Assembly (NCBI GenBank): GCA_964016885.1
Contig: OZ024755.1
Coordinates: 1,054,001 to 1,118,000 of the forward strand
DNA length: 64,000 bases
Direction of reading: 5' to 3'
Origin: Eledone cirrhosa
Lineage: Eukaryota
Part shown: piece by piece, positions 39,901 to 52,302 of the stretch
How the letters are laid out: each line of letters starts with the position of its first letter
How positions within the stretch are numbered: position 1 is the first letter of the stretch
Notes under the pieces: generated by a model
What the model saw: only the letters and a program-made list of their open reading frames with translations
Databases searched by the model: none
Told to the model about the DNA's origin: nothing
Position numbers and translations under genes: made by a program

Positions 39901-42900
39901 TGTGTCTTCATATGGAACATATGTCAACAGGAAGAAATGTGATCAAAGTACTTCGATAACTTTGAAGGAAGGAGACAAAATTATGTTCGGTTCTCCTAAG
40001 TCAACATATTGGTAATCTAAAGCAGTCTTTAACCCTTTTCATATTAAACTTCCTGAAACTACTCTTGGTTCTATCATACAAAACTATTTATTGAGGAAAT
40101 TTATATTTATCTAAAAACATTCCATTATAATTTTATGTAAGCACCTTTGTTAAGTTACGTTCTAAATACTAGCTTGATAATAGTTTCTGATTCCTGCACA
40201 AGGTCAACAATTTGGTGGGATGAGGAAAGTTGATTAAATCAAGCCCAGTGTGTTTACTGGTACTTTATTGACTCCATAAGAATGAAAGGCAAAGCGAACC
40301 TGGGCATCATTTAAACTCTACCGCTGGGTCTCCTGCCGATTGGTTTTTCTCAAAATCTTTCTAGTGATTCTTTCCTGAGACATTCTAACCTCATGTCCAT
40401 AGTATCAGAGCTGTGATCTCTCAATCCAGAGATTCTTTCCTGAGACATTCTAACTACATGTCTGTAGTATCAGAGCTGTGATCTCTCAACCCAGAGATTC
40501 TTTCCTGAGACTTTCTAACCACATGTTTGTAGTATCAGAGCTGTGATCTCTCAACCCAGAGATTCTTTCCTGAGACATTCTAACCACATGTCTGTAGTAT
40601 CAGAGCTGTGATCTCTCAATTCAGAGATTCTTTCCTGAGACATTCTAACCACATGGCTGTAGTATCAGAGCTGTGATCTCTCAATTCAGAGATTCTTTCC
40701 TGAGACATTCTAACCACATGTCTGTAGTATCAGAGCTGTGATCTCTCAATTCAGAGATTCTTTCCTGAGACATTCTAACCACATGGCTGTAGTATCAGAG
40801 CTGTGATCTCTCAATTCAGAGATTCTTTCCTGAGACATTCTAACCACATGGCTGTAGTATCAGAGCTGTGATCTCTCAATTCAGAGATTCTTTCCTGAGA
40901 CATTCTAACCACATGGCTGTAGTATCAGAGCTGTGATCTCTCAATTCAGAGATTCCTTCCTGAGACATTCTAACCACATGGCTGTAGTATCAGAGCTGTG
41001 ATCTCTCAATTCAGAGATTCTTTCCTGAGACATTCTAACCACATGTCTGCAGTATCAGTGCTGTGATCTCTCAATTCAGAGAAGTAACGAATCTCTGATG
41101 TCTAAGCTATGCACTCTATCAAGTAACATTACTCCAAAGACCCTTCAGAAGAACCTCGTTTCAGTCATTTGTATTTACCATCATATTCTTTCGGTCATTA
41201 CCCAAGACCATAGGCAAGGGTTGGCACCAAAAGATAGCGAGTTTGGTTTTTACACAATCTGTTCATTTTTGGAAATTTTCCACAAGTTTTTGCCAAATTG
41301 ATTTGACAATCTCTGATACAAACTTTGAGAACATTCATACCATTTCTTTGTTAGGCTTCGGTTTAAACCTTTGGTTGTCACATCATCATGTCTGAAGAAT
41401 CCTGCCAAGCAAAAACTGGAGGAAATTGTGAAGTATTTTGGTGGTAAAGTGGTCAGTGAATGGTCAAGCACTTGTAAATATTTAGTTATGGACTATCTTT
41501 CAATTACTGTGAAGGTTGGTACCAGTTGTACTACTGGACATTTTATTTATTATATCTTTCTATCAGTGGAGAGAATGTCGTATCTCAGCGGCTGACACTT
41601 TCCAGTGTTTATCTTTGAACTGGGTGTTTCTATATTCTAGGTCATCTGTGCTCTTGCTTCCCAATGCCAAATTGTTACCATTGACTATTTTAAAAGTCTA
41701 AAAGAAGCCTGTGAGAAGTCTCTGCCTTACCAAAATCCTAAACAGTGAGTTTATATATTTTATGTTGTTATCTGCTTTAGAATGTATGTTTGGACCCCTA
41801 ATTCCTGAGTCATAGAAGCAGTGTCATAAGATACACAGTTTCTTGGGCATTTTAAACGTAGCGGAGCTCATCTCCTCTCGTTTAGAATATGTACACTGGA
41901 TCCCTGCATGTCAGGAGCTAATTAAAAGGGTTGATGCCAGGGTCTAGTGGAGAAGTCAGTTTAGTCGTTGGCCACTCAACCTTGAAGCAGCTTGTACTGG
42001 GTTACACAGTACCAGGTGATGATGATGATGACATGATGATAACAATGACATGATGATGATGATGATAATAACAATGATGATGATGATAATGACAATGATG
42101 TGATGATATTATTTCTCTAAACAGGTTTCTTCCCAAGTTATCTCCAAGTTTTGTCGTCAAACATGAAACGTTCCAACCAAACCCTTTACGGAAAAACATC
42201 TTTCAAGGATTTACTTTCTACTTTTTCAAATATCCTCAGGTAGGGGCAACTTTTACTTTCAAATCTCCTCAGGTAGGGGCAACTTTTACTTTCAAATCTC
42301 CCCAAACCTCAGTCTAATTATTGATGTCTATGAAATCGAAAGATATTTCTTTTCCCTTTTTTAAAATGTTAAAAAATTAAAATTAATATCTTTTCTAGTT
42401 GAAGAAGCTTAAGATGGCCATTGAACTATCTGGGGGCCATTGCTGCCTGTGTCAGAGCAGCAAGAATATCACTGACTTCACTTTATTGAACGAGAAATCT
42501 ATTGTCATGCAAACTGAAGATATTGAAGAGGAATGGACATCTCATGTAAAATCTTTGTTAGAAAGGTAATGTCTTCTAGGATTGGCTGAGTCGTTAGAAT
42601 CTCAGACAGAATGCTTTGTGGTATTCGTTTTGGCACAAGGCCAGCAATTTTTGGGGGGTAGGGGAAAGTCAATTAAATCGACCTCAGTGTGTTACTGGTA
42701 CTTTATTTTATCGACCCTGTAAGGATGAAAAGCAAAGCTAACCTTCGTGTGATTTAAACTGGCCATATCCGGCCAGAATTCCCTCACCTCTTTCTGTTCA
42801 AACTGGCTGTAATCGGCCACTCATACTATTGTTAAGGTATTGTTCTCAAAATAAATAATATCAAAATCTCAATGTTATGTAAGGTAAAGCCTTTACCACA

Positions 42901-45900
42901 AAAATATGATAGTAAATATAAAGTAATGTGAATGCTAAAGGGTTAAACTCAGATCATATCGAGATGTAAGTCTATGCTGTAAACCATGTTGTCTGACGCT
43001 CTACCGATTCTGCCAATCCACTGCCTGTGTTTACTATAATAAAACATTCTTCTTAGCTGTTTATGTGAGAATATAATTTTAATACAATATTTTCTATTTT
43101 CAGCCACAATAAACGTATGATAACTGATGTAGAAATAGGTCAAGCTATTCTCTGTTGTACCACCGACAACTATTGTAACCCTAACGCTGCTTTACGTAAG
43201 TTTTAGTTTATCTTTGCTGCTTTGTTTATTTACTATTCAGGGTGGTAGGGCATGGGCAGAATCGGTAGAGCAGATAAAATACCTTGTGGTATTTGTTCTG
43301 GTTCTTTACATTCTAAGTTCAAATCAACTTTCCCTTTCAGCCCTCTGGGGTGGGGGTGGGTGGGGGGAGTCAATAAAATAAAGTACCAGTCATGTACTGG
43401 GGTTAGTTTAATCATCTTTTCCCTCCGCCAAATTTCCTGGCCTTGTGCCTAAATTAAAAATCATTATTTATTTGTTATTCAATTTTTTTTATATACTATT
43501 TCAATTAATTAATTAAGAATTTTGAGGGATTTACTAAAATTATGAATTATTTCATTACTAAGATAACTTATATAAAAATTGGTAGTTTTGTCTGATAGAA
43601 CCAGAGTTTTGGTAGTTTTGTCTGATAGAACCAGAGCTATTTTTTAGCCAAGTTATCAGAAAGCTAAATTTAACAATTTTTATGTAATTTTTTGTTTGTT
43701 TTTATATTAAAATGTTTTCTATTTTCTAAGTTCATCGTAATGAAAGAAATATATTTTTTTATTTTCTTTCGTCAGAAAAACAATTTAGTCAGCTTGAAAG
43801 TCAAACAATGGCTTTTCAAACTCAACAAAGCAGTACACAGACTCAAGCGACTTCGATGTGAGTATAAATTGTCTGATAACTTCATTTTTATTACTTTATA
43901 ATTGTTTTGTGTGTTCCAGCCGAGTGGCTGCGGCCATGCTGGGGCTCTGCTATTAAGAAGTTGCCATTGACCTCCATGAGGAATTGAACCCCATATCTCC
44001 CAGATACTGGGTATGTGCTTTGAACTATGAAGCCAAGGGTCCGTGACAATTTATAATTATTTTATAGTTCTTTATAATCTGGTTTGTTTAACATTTTTAA
44101 TACCGATTTAAGATTTTTTTGTTACTGCTTAGTGATAAAGAGTAGGGCAGCGGCCATGTGAGGTGTTTTAGGGCATTTATAATGGGTAGGAGGAGGGTTT
44201 AAATTGTTTAATATAGTTTATATATAAGTAGGTTTTTTAAAATATATTCTTATAATATATATATATATATATTTTTGTATATTTAGGTTTTGTAACCGAC
44301 CAAATAAACCAAAAAAGGTAAGTGAAATATTTCTCAATATTTTTTCTCGTGATATTGTTGCTATATATATTAACTGTCAAATTAAACATCTGAGATAAGT
44401 TATTGACAATATATATATTTACATCTGCTCTACATTTTGATTGGTTTTATTTCTGACTGTCATCCCAGTGGCTTCTGATACCTGCACAGGTAAATAGTAC
44501 TTGACTGGAATATAACTAAGAAATTTTGTCTCTAAACTAAAAGTTGTTATTCTCAAGGCTACTCTCATGTGAGTTCACATGGAAACTGTAAAACCCCACC
44601 AGATGGACTGTACCTGTAATTTGAAGGGCCAACCTTGTCACATACCATATTATGCTGAATCTCCCTGAGAATTATGTTAAGAGTACATATGTCTGTTGGC
44701 AGAGACGTTAGAACGTTGGATAGAATGCTTTGCAGTATCCGTTCTGACTCTCTGCTCTCTCAGCTCAAATTCCATCAAGGTCAATTTGGCCTTTCATCCT
44801 TTCAAGGTCAATAAAAACAAGTACCTCCCCCTTCTAATATCGATTGTATTTCGTCACATATTCCTTGGTTTATATTTTAGTATATACAGTAGATTCCCAG
44901 AGATGTTTTTTTTTTTTTTCATGTAGGTTGAGAACAAACAAGATTCTTCCACGGATGTTAAAACCACGGAATCATTATTTCACAGCAGTAATGCCACTGA
45001 AAGTAAAACTTCTACCAATAAACGGTAATTATCTTTTCTCCTGTCACATATATTCTTATAGAATAATTTGAAGTTTAGTTTAAGCCTTTAGCATTCACAT
45101 TACTCTATATATACTATTGTATTTTCGTGGTAAAGTCTTTACCTCACATAATTATCTCACATAATATCGAATCTATGAGATTTTAATGTTATTTATTTTG
45201 AGAACAATACCTTAATATCAGTATGAGTGACCAGTTACAGCCGGTTTGAACAGAAAGAGGTGAGAGAATTCTGGCCGGATATGGTCGGTTTAAATGCTAA
45301 AGGGTTAATCATTTTTATAATTTCTGTTTATTTTTATTAACTTAGTGAAAGTGTGTAACTTAGTGGTTGGAGGGTCAGATTCACAATTGTGAGGTTGTGA
45401 GTTTGATTCCCGGGTGATGTGTTATGTCCTTGAGCAAGACACTTTATTTCACGTTGCTCTTTCTGCCAGGAGTTGCGACCAGTAACATAGTATCAGCAAT
45501 TGGAAAGACCAATGGAAACATTGTTTCCTTGGTCCAATTTAACTAAGTCCACCCTTTCGGTAAGTGGATGAGGTCTGGGATCTTGTCAATCGACTTCCTT
45601 CCTTTTTTATGTGTGGCTGGATGCCTTTCCTCCCATCAACCAACCGACCACATTACCATGGTAACTGGATGGCTGGCACTTGAAAAATCTCTCTCTGGCA
45701 CAAATAAAGAACTCCTACCTTATATCAGTTTATTTTCAAAGTTACTAGCTTCACAGACAAGTTGCCTGCATGGAACACATCTTAATTAATTTTTGTCTTT
45801 GAATATATTAATTAATTCTTAACTTCCTGTAATGATTCAACAGAAAATATCTAAGAACAATTTTTGTTAGTTCAAATATTTATAATACATTTACTAGTAG

Positions 45901-46675
45901 ACAGATTGTTGTGAACATCTACAGGAATAGAGTAAAGAGTTACAATTTTAATGTGCTGCAGACATACTGCTGTTTTGTAACTATCCAAGAATGTTTTGAT
46001 AATGTGGTTTTATGTGGTACAGGACGTTAAGAGTTAAGAAATATTTCTTCTACAAATCTTTTCTTTTTTTCTTTTTTTCTTTTTTTCTTTTTTCAGAAGT
46101 CGAAGTCCAAACAATCTAGAAGATTCTGATAAAGATGAAACTACTCCATCAAAGAAAAAGTCCCGTTTACTTCCAGAATCAGTTTCAGATACTGTAAACC
46201 CTGCTACTTCAATTGACATGGAACCTTCCGTACCAGTACTGGCAGCAGATACTATGTCTCAGGCACCATTTGTTAAACCAAAACCTATTATAGTCATTGA
46301 CGATTCCGATCCAGAGGAATGTATGTTTGAAAATGATGATGATGAAATTTTAAAGAATGTTCAAGAAATCTCTTCAGATAAATGTAAACAATCGAATGTG
46401 GAGAGTTGTGTTATGGATTCTGTATTGTCAGAAGCGGTACCTGAAATACCAACTCCTGTCTATATTAAACAAGAGGTAGTTAGTTCGAGTTATGAATCTA
46501 AGTCAAACATAAAACCTTTCTGTTTAGATTTGTTGTCAGAAGATACACAATTTAAAGACAGACAAGAACAGGTAAATATTATTTTCTGGTGAATGGGAAA
46601 CCTTCAGAATTTTTGTTTCATTTCTTCTTTAGTTAATGTCTCTCTTCAATACTCTGGACTCTCATATTCTCTCTC

Positions 46676-46711
<36 letters not shown>

Positions 46712-47163
46712 ATGCTCCAAACGCCAGCTTGATAATAAGAAAGTTAGTTATGTTACTAGAGTCCTGATTAATACTAAATATATGACTAAATTCTTGATTA
46801 TTTTCAAAATAATTTGAAAATCAGAGACAGTGTCTTTCATTAGAAATATAGTAAGGAAAGGGTTAAATAAGAAAATACCATATAGTTCTTTATATGTTGG
46901 AATTGTTACACTAAATGATATTTTAGTAAACACAAATGTAGGTAATATTTTGTTTTCTTTCAGGGAAGAGAAAGTCCATCAAGGTTCATCGATGTTTACA
47001 TTAAACCAGGTTACCTAAATACACAACTTACCAAAATGGTAAGTTTGTATCTTGACTGTTACTGGATTGTGTTGCAGTTGTTCATTGAAAATACAGGAAA
47101 AATCAGAACATGTTTTGTTTATTGTACTGTTGTGATTTATACATAAGTTTATATATATCTATA

Positions 47164-47235
<72 letters not shown>

Positions 47236-47998
47236 TTAGTTAAGCAAAACAAGACCACAAACTTCACAAGGAAGACATTATTAAAAGATTGTCAACATTA
47301 TTATTAATATTATTATTATTATTCTCTACATTCTCAGTAACAGAGAAGACCTGCCTTGCCAGTAGGCATCTCTAACAAAATACACCCCGTCCCGCCACCA
47401 CCCCCACCCCATCCACACCACCCCGTTCTATGTAAAGTTATGTTGGTGCCGCGCCATCCAGGCCGAAACAAATGAGATCGTGTAGGTGTCACGACAAAAA
47501 AACACACAGTCCACGCTGTAATGTGGCCGTGTAGGCAACACGGTAAAAACCTCCCAGACCCACACTGTAAATGTGGTTGGTGTTAGGAAGGGCATCCAAC
47601 TGTAGAAAACCTGCCAGACAGTCCTATGCGAGCAAGACAATCACTCTTGCCTCAAGTGGGACTACCCCCGTCCAAATCCATGCAAGCGTGGAACACGGAC
47701 GTTAAACGTTGATGATGATGATGATGATTCCTTACATCAAACTAAAATATGTTGACAATCTTTTAATAATGTCTTCCTTGTGAAGTTTGTGGTCTTGTTT
47801 TGCTTAACTAATGAATATTTCCAGCTCTGCACACCTAACTTCTGCATGAACCCAGCCACCTAGCTGCTTTCTACTGCATATTGCACATTGAGCACATGCC
47901 TTTACGCTTTGGCTTCTAACTAACTCACCAATCTCTCCTCTCATATCTCCTCCACTATCTCCATCTCTCTCTTTAAGATTGGTTACTCCTGAACTGTG

Positions 47999-48029
<31 letters not shown>

Positions 48030-51000
48030 ACCCTCTTCCTGCTATGTCAAGCGTTAACCTATTATATCCCGTCCATATACTGTACCGATTGTGTTGTTAT
48101 TTTTGTTTACCTTTTACATACATGTATATATATATAGGAAAATGTTTGACCCCGACGGCAGAGCTCAAGCCATTTCGACGGGTATTTCTGGACAGAAATA
48201 ACCGTCGAAATGGCTTGAGCTCTGCCATTGGGGTCAAGCATTTTCCTATACCCACTCTACTACTCTAAGTATTGAGTACTCTGGTGCGTTATGGTCCATC
48301 TGGTTCCTTACCACACCTCCTTCATTATATATATATATGCACAAACACACAAATTCATATATATATAGCTTAATGTATAGCTGTGAACATGTTGTATGCC
48401 AGCCCTCCTATCGATAAACTATAGAAGTTGCTTGTGTATCTGTACCAGTTGAATACTGGGGTCCATCCAGTTAACTGTAGCCAATCCTAAACATTTCAGT
48501 GTTTATGTTAGGCAACCTGTGAGTTATGTATTGTTTCTGATTTCATTACAGAATCCATTGGTCAAAGTAAAGCAGGAAGTGATTGAAGATGAAGAATTAC
48601 CAATAGGTGCCGACACTGTTACTTTTACAAACCTTGTTTTCAGGCAACCAAAGCCTCCGGTCATTAAAGAGAATCCTCACTCAACAGATATACCAAAAGG
48701 TTTCGCCTATTACAAAGGAAATTTAGTTCATAACTTCAAGAAATTTTGTAAGGTGAATATTTCATTTATTTTAATTTTATGAAGTAAACTAAATGTTTGG
48801 AATTGTGTGTTAAACAAATGTTAAAAGTTAAAGTCTGTTTTAAGCTGAAAACTCATCAGGCCGGTGCTTACCCCTGTTTTTTTCGTTGTGTTAAGTGACT
48901 GGAAGTAGAAGGCTCTCCCTGGACCGGATGCCAGTCTATCGTAGGATTAACTCCCCAGCCTCATTTTGGCTGTAGTTACCTTAGCAACAACATTATCAAT
49001 ATTTTGTTGTGTCTATTCTTTCTATTCGACTATTTAACCTTTTGCAGAGTGCTAACAGTGGTGCTTGTTCCTTACCAAGAATTATTGGTGGCGGTGACTT
49101 GGTTATCCATAACTCAGCCTCAGGCGAGGAATTGGATGATTTCTTCAACGAAACTAATGAGGTAAAACATTTTATTTTATTTTTTAATTTTTTAATACAA
49201 GCCGAGGTCAACTGAAGAGAGGCTACTGACCTCTCAGATAGGCTGGGGCGGGGGTCTGTTATCTCACTTACGTACGGTCTCACGTTCTATCAAGTGTGCA
49301 GGGAAGGTTGTCATGTCTTTGACACAAACTAAAGGGTCCTCCTAACCCTTTGTCAGGCTTTCTACAGCTGGATGCCCTTTCTATCACCAACCACTTTAGA
49401 GCATGTACTGGGTACATTTATAGGGAGACTGTCATCTCTTTAACACGACTGAAAGGTTCTCCCTCTTATGACTAATATAATTTAAACTACATCAGTCTGA
49501 TTTTACTTTAAAGTAGTTAGGGCTAGGAAGGGCATCCAACCATAAAAATCTTGCCAAACAAAGGGTCAGGAGAACTCTTCAGTTGTGTAAAAGCCATGAC
49601 AACCTCTCTAGTGTTGGTGCTTCTATAAAATGCACCTTTCAAACTCTTGCTAGCCGGGAACACGAATATTAAATGATGAAGCTGATGGTGATAATGATGG
49701 AGGTAGTGGTGGGATGGTAATGGTGGGGGTGGTGGGATGGTAACGATGATGATGATGGATGAGGTGATGGTGGTGATGGGATGGGTGGTTGTGTGGTTAT
49801 GATGACGAGGAAGGTAAATTATTAATAACTGTTGTAATTAAGTGATTGTTAATTAGAATATATTCTATTGCAGAAAGAGAGTCAGGATAACGAAGACAAT
49901 AGAAGAATTGAAGCACTTTTTAGGTAAGTTACTGCAACATCTTTTATTTCTTTTAAAATATTCTGGGTCGTTAGCTGTCGTTAACACACGCATACATACA
50001 CAATAAAAAAAAACTATATATATATATATATATATATATATTTCTTTTCAATATATATATATATATAGGTTAACATATGTTGATGCCCTAAGGACAGACA
50101 CTGGTCTGTTGGAGATGCAGGATATGGCAGCGATAATGAGGGACAGAGACCGCTGGAGAGAACTCGTCCATGGATCTCGGGAATTTTACCCGCCTTAGAT
50201 AGATATATATATATATACACATATATGTATGTATGAATGTCGTGGTTTTTTTCATGAAGTTTGTGTTGCGTTGTCTTTATGTTGACAGACTTGGGTATCA
50301 AGGTCTATGTAGCAGAGATGACCAGGGTATCAAGGTCTAGTTATGTAGCAGAGATGACCAAGGTATCAAGGTCTAGTTATGTAGCAGAGATGACCAGGGT
50401 ATCAAGGTCTATGTAGCAGAGATGACCAAGGTATCAAGGTCTAGTTATGTAGCAGAGATGACCAGGGTATCAAGGTCTATGTAGCAGAGATGACCAGGGT
50501 ATCAAGGTCTAGTTATGTAGCAGAGATGACCAGGGTATCAAGGTCTAGTTATGTAGCAGAGATGACCAGGATATCAAGGTCTAGTTATGTAGCAGAGATG
50601 ACCAGGGTATCAAGGTCTAGTTATGTAGCAGAGATGACCAGGGTATCAAGGTCTAGTTATGTAGCAGAGATGACCAGGGTATCAAGGTCTATGTAGCAGA
50701 GATGACCAAGGTATCAAGGTCTAGTTATGTAGCAGAGATGACCAGGGTATCAAGGTCTATGTAGCAGAGATGACCAGGGTATCAAGGTCTAGTTATGTAG
50801 CAGAGATGACCAGGGTATCAAGGTCTAGTTATGTAGCAGAGATGACCAGGGTATCAAGGTCTAGTTATGTAGCAGAGATGACCAGGGTATCAAGGTCTAG
50901 TTATGTAGCAGAGATGACCAGGGTATCAAGGTCTAGTTATGTAGCAGAGATGACCAGGGTATCAAGGTCTAGTTATGTAGCAGAGATGACCAGGGTATCA

Positions 51001-52302
51001 AGGTCTAGTTATGTAGCAGAGATGACCAGGGTATCAAGGTCTAGTTATGTAGCAGAGATGACCAGGGTATCAAGGTCTAGTTATGTAGCAGAGATGACCA
51101 GGGTATCAAGGTCTAGTTATGTAGCAGAGATGACCAGGGTATCAAGGTCTAGTTATGTAGCAGAGATGACCAGGGTATCAAGGTCTAGTTATGTAGCAGA
51201 GATGACCAGGGTATCAAGGTCTAGTTATGTAGCAGAGATGACCAGGGTATCAAGGTCTAGTTATGTAGCAGAGATGACCAGGGTATCAAGGTCTAGTTAT
51301 GTAGCAGAGATGACCAAGGTATCAAGGTCTAGTTATGTAGCAGAGATGACCAAGGTATCAAGGTCTAGTTATGTAGCAGAGATGACCAGGGTATCAAGGT
51401 CTATGTAGCAGAGATGACCAAGGTATCAAGGTCTAGTTATGTAGCAGAGATGACCAGGGTATCAAGGTCTATGTAGCAGAGATGACCAAGGTATCAAGGT
51501 CTAGCTATGTAGCAGAGATGACCAGGGTATCAAGGTCTAGTTATGTAGCAGAGATGACCAAGGTATCAAGGTCTAGTTATGTAGCAGAGATGACCAGGGT
51601 ATCAAGGTCTATGTAGCAGAGATGACCAAGGTATCAAGGTCTAGTTATGTAGCAGAGATGACCAGGGTATCAAGGTCTATGTAGCAGAGATGACCAGGGT
51701 ATCAAGGTCTAGTTATGTAGCAGAGATGACCAGGGTATCAAGGTCTATTTATTGTTATATTCTTCTTTTAATATATCTTTCTTATGGATGTGTTGGCTTT
51801 TTAAAGGGTATTTGTTTTTAAGAATATTAAGTTCCTCCCTTGAGTCTTTGGAGTAACATTACTCCATAGAGTGTGTAGCTCAGAGATCAGAGATTCACTC
51901 CTAGTAGAGCTGCTGCTTCTTCAAATTTAGCGATCACAGCTCCGATACTACAGACATGTGGTTAGAATGCCTCAGGAAAGAATTGCTGGACAGATTTTAT
52001 AGGCAAAATCAACAGGTAGGAGGACCAGGGGTAGACCCCGAGCAAGATGGTTGGATAACATCCATGAGCTTGGCTAGTCTCACTTAAGGGATCCTGTCAG
52101 ATCAATTGGAGACAGTTGTTTCTGACCAGACTTGCTGGAAGGAGTGTTTGAGGACTCTGGCCCCACGACCCTCTCAGGAATAAGTGGGAGGAGAAGAAGA
52201 AAGGAAAATGTAAAGAATATTCCCTGAAACTTCTGGAAATAAATGATATTTAATTTTATTTGCAGTTGGGGACCAAAAAAGAAAGGCCGCAGGATCTGTT
52301 GA
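36958..52302 (+). CDS. NBN: Nibrin (NBS1), MRN complex subunit, 17 coding exons
   Basis: Exons 36958-36994, 38062-38180, 39863-40011, 41355-41514, 41641-41744, 42125-42239, 42399-42565, 43104-43195, 43776-43857, 44287-44317, 44927-45024, 46097-46571, 46964-47038, 48552-48752, 49048-49161, 49874-49923 and 52266-52302. FHA domain (EYTIGRRDC...VSRKHA...SSYGTYVN), tandem BRCT (PLVVTSSCL...GGKVVSEWSSTCKYLVM), SQ/TQ cluster, MRE11-binding NFKKFCK, LPRIIGGGDL, and an acidic/LF C-terminal ATM-binding-like motif. Confidence 0.93.
37828..38060 (+). mobile_element. tRNA-derived SINE with Nin/Deu-type central domain (representative copy of the most abundant family)
   Basis: Head ggtggattggca..tcggtagagc...gagttcaa.tcc (A/B box), core gcctttcatccttacggggtcgataaaataaagtaccag, tail ggccttgtg...agaaac(att)n. 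Other copies lie near 1135-1320, 4125-4336, 4378-4600, 7853-8017, 12345-12490, 21205-21420, 26990-27130, 29640-29940, 40185-40315, 42630-42760, 43240-43460 and 54740-55150. Confidence 0.8.
38778..38921. repeat. Near-perfect palindrome with 68-bp arms and an 8-nt loop
   Basis: atatttattaaaa...ttaacgggatcttc | cagtttca | gaagatcccgttaa...ttttaataaatat, with one mismatch. Confidence 0.9.
38952..39790 (-). mobile_element. 5'-truncated RTE-clade LINE (reverse transcriptase C-terminal part) in NBN intron 2
   Basis: The RT motif DFADD near 39740-39760 is followed by a frameshift, then the 246-aa ORF GLNISAKKTKSM...FTYLGS...LLYGSETW...W.GHALR...GRRRGRPK. There is a (TCTGAG)n 3' tail, flanking (CA)n on both sides, and GC content well above the surroundings. 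Confidence 0.9.
40367..41082. repeat. 65-bp minisatellite, about 11 copies, derived from a LINE fragment
   Basis: Unit gattctttcctgagacattctaaccacatg(t/g)ctgtagtatcagagctgtgatctctcaattcaga. Single-copy equivalents occur in the LINE fragments at about 56928-56995 and, in reverse, 51930-51985. Confidence 0.9.
45080..45308. mobile_element. piggyBac-type MITE bounded by TTAA
   Basis: ttaa gcctttagcatt ... aatgctaaaggg ttaa terminal inverted repeats. A reverse partial copy lies at about 42752-42946 and an expanded copy at 62925-63627. Confidence 0.7.
47229..47818. repeat. Perfect 70-bp inverted repeat (47229-47298 and 47749-47818) enclosing a SINE
   Basis: atattcattagttaagcaaaac...agattgtcaacat and its exact reverse complement. 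Confidence 0.9.
47455..47728 (+). mobile_element. RTE-tailed SINE family with internal 41-48 bp repeats (representative copy)
   Basis: Core gtggttggtgttaggaagggcatccagctgtagaaaac and tail ccatgcaagc.tggaa...gacgttaaacgatgatgatg. Other copies lie near 5248-5600, 8080-8340, 13770-14010, 17225-17450, 26236-26770 (expanded internal repeat), 32860-33110, 36290-36600 and 58100-58460. Confidence 0.75.
48133..48250. repeat. GC-rich palindrome with arms of about 58 bp; related element at 53695-53875
   Basis: tataggaaaatgtttgaccccgacggcagagctcaagccatttcgacgg...ccgtcgaaatggcttgagctctgccattggggtcaagcattttcctata. Confidence 0.85.
50293..51747. repeat. 36-bp minisatellite with 32-bp variants, about 40 copies, in the last NBN intron
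   Basis: Unit agagatgaccagggtatcaaggtct(agtt)atgtagc. The centre is homogeneous 36-mers and the flanks alternate 36- and 32-mers. Confidence 0.95.
51880..52200 (+). mobile_element. RTE-like LINE 3'-end fragment; related copies near 900-1060, 6585-6760, 30540-30790, 40320-41220 and 56765-57170
   Basis: Shared sequence ...acatgtggttagaatg(c/t)ctcaggaaagaat...ggggtagaccc...agcaagatggttggataacatcc...ccccacgaccctctcaggaataag-aagaaga tail. It translates to degenerate HVVRM.QERI...R.PG.P..RWLDNI. Confidence 0.7.

Noticed and set aside
50490-51408. ORFs encoding (MTRVSRSSYVAE)n
   Set aside because: These are a by-product of a 36-bp intronic minisatellite. The frame is broken by 32-bp units and there is no splice or promoter support.
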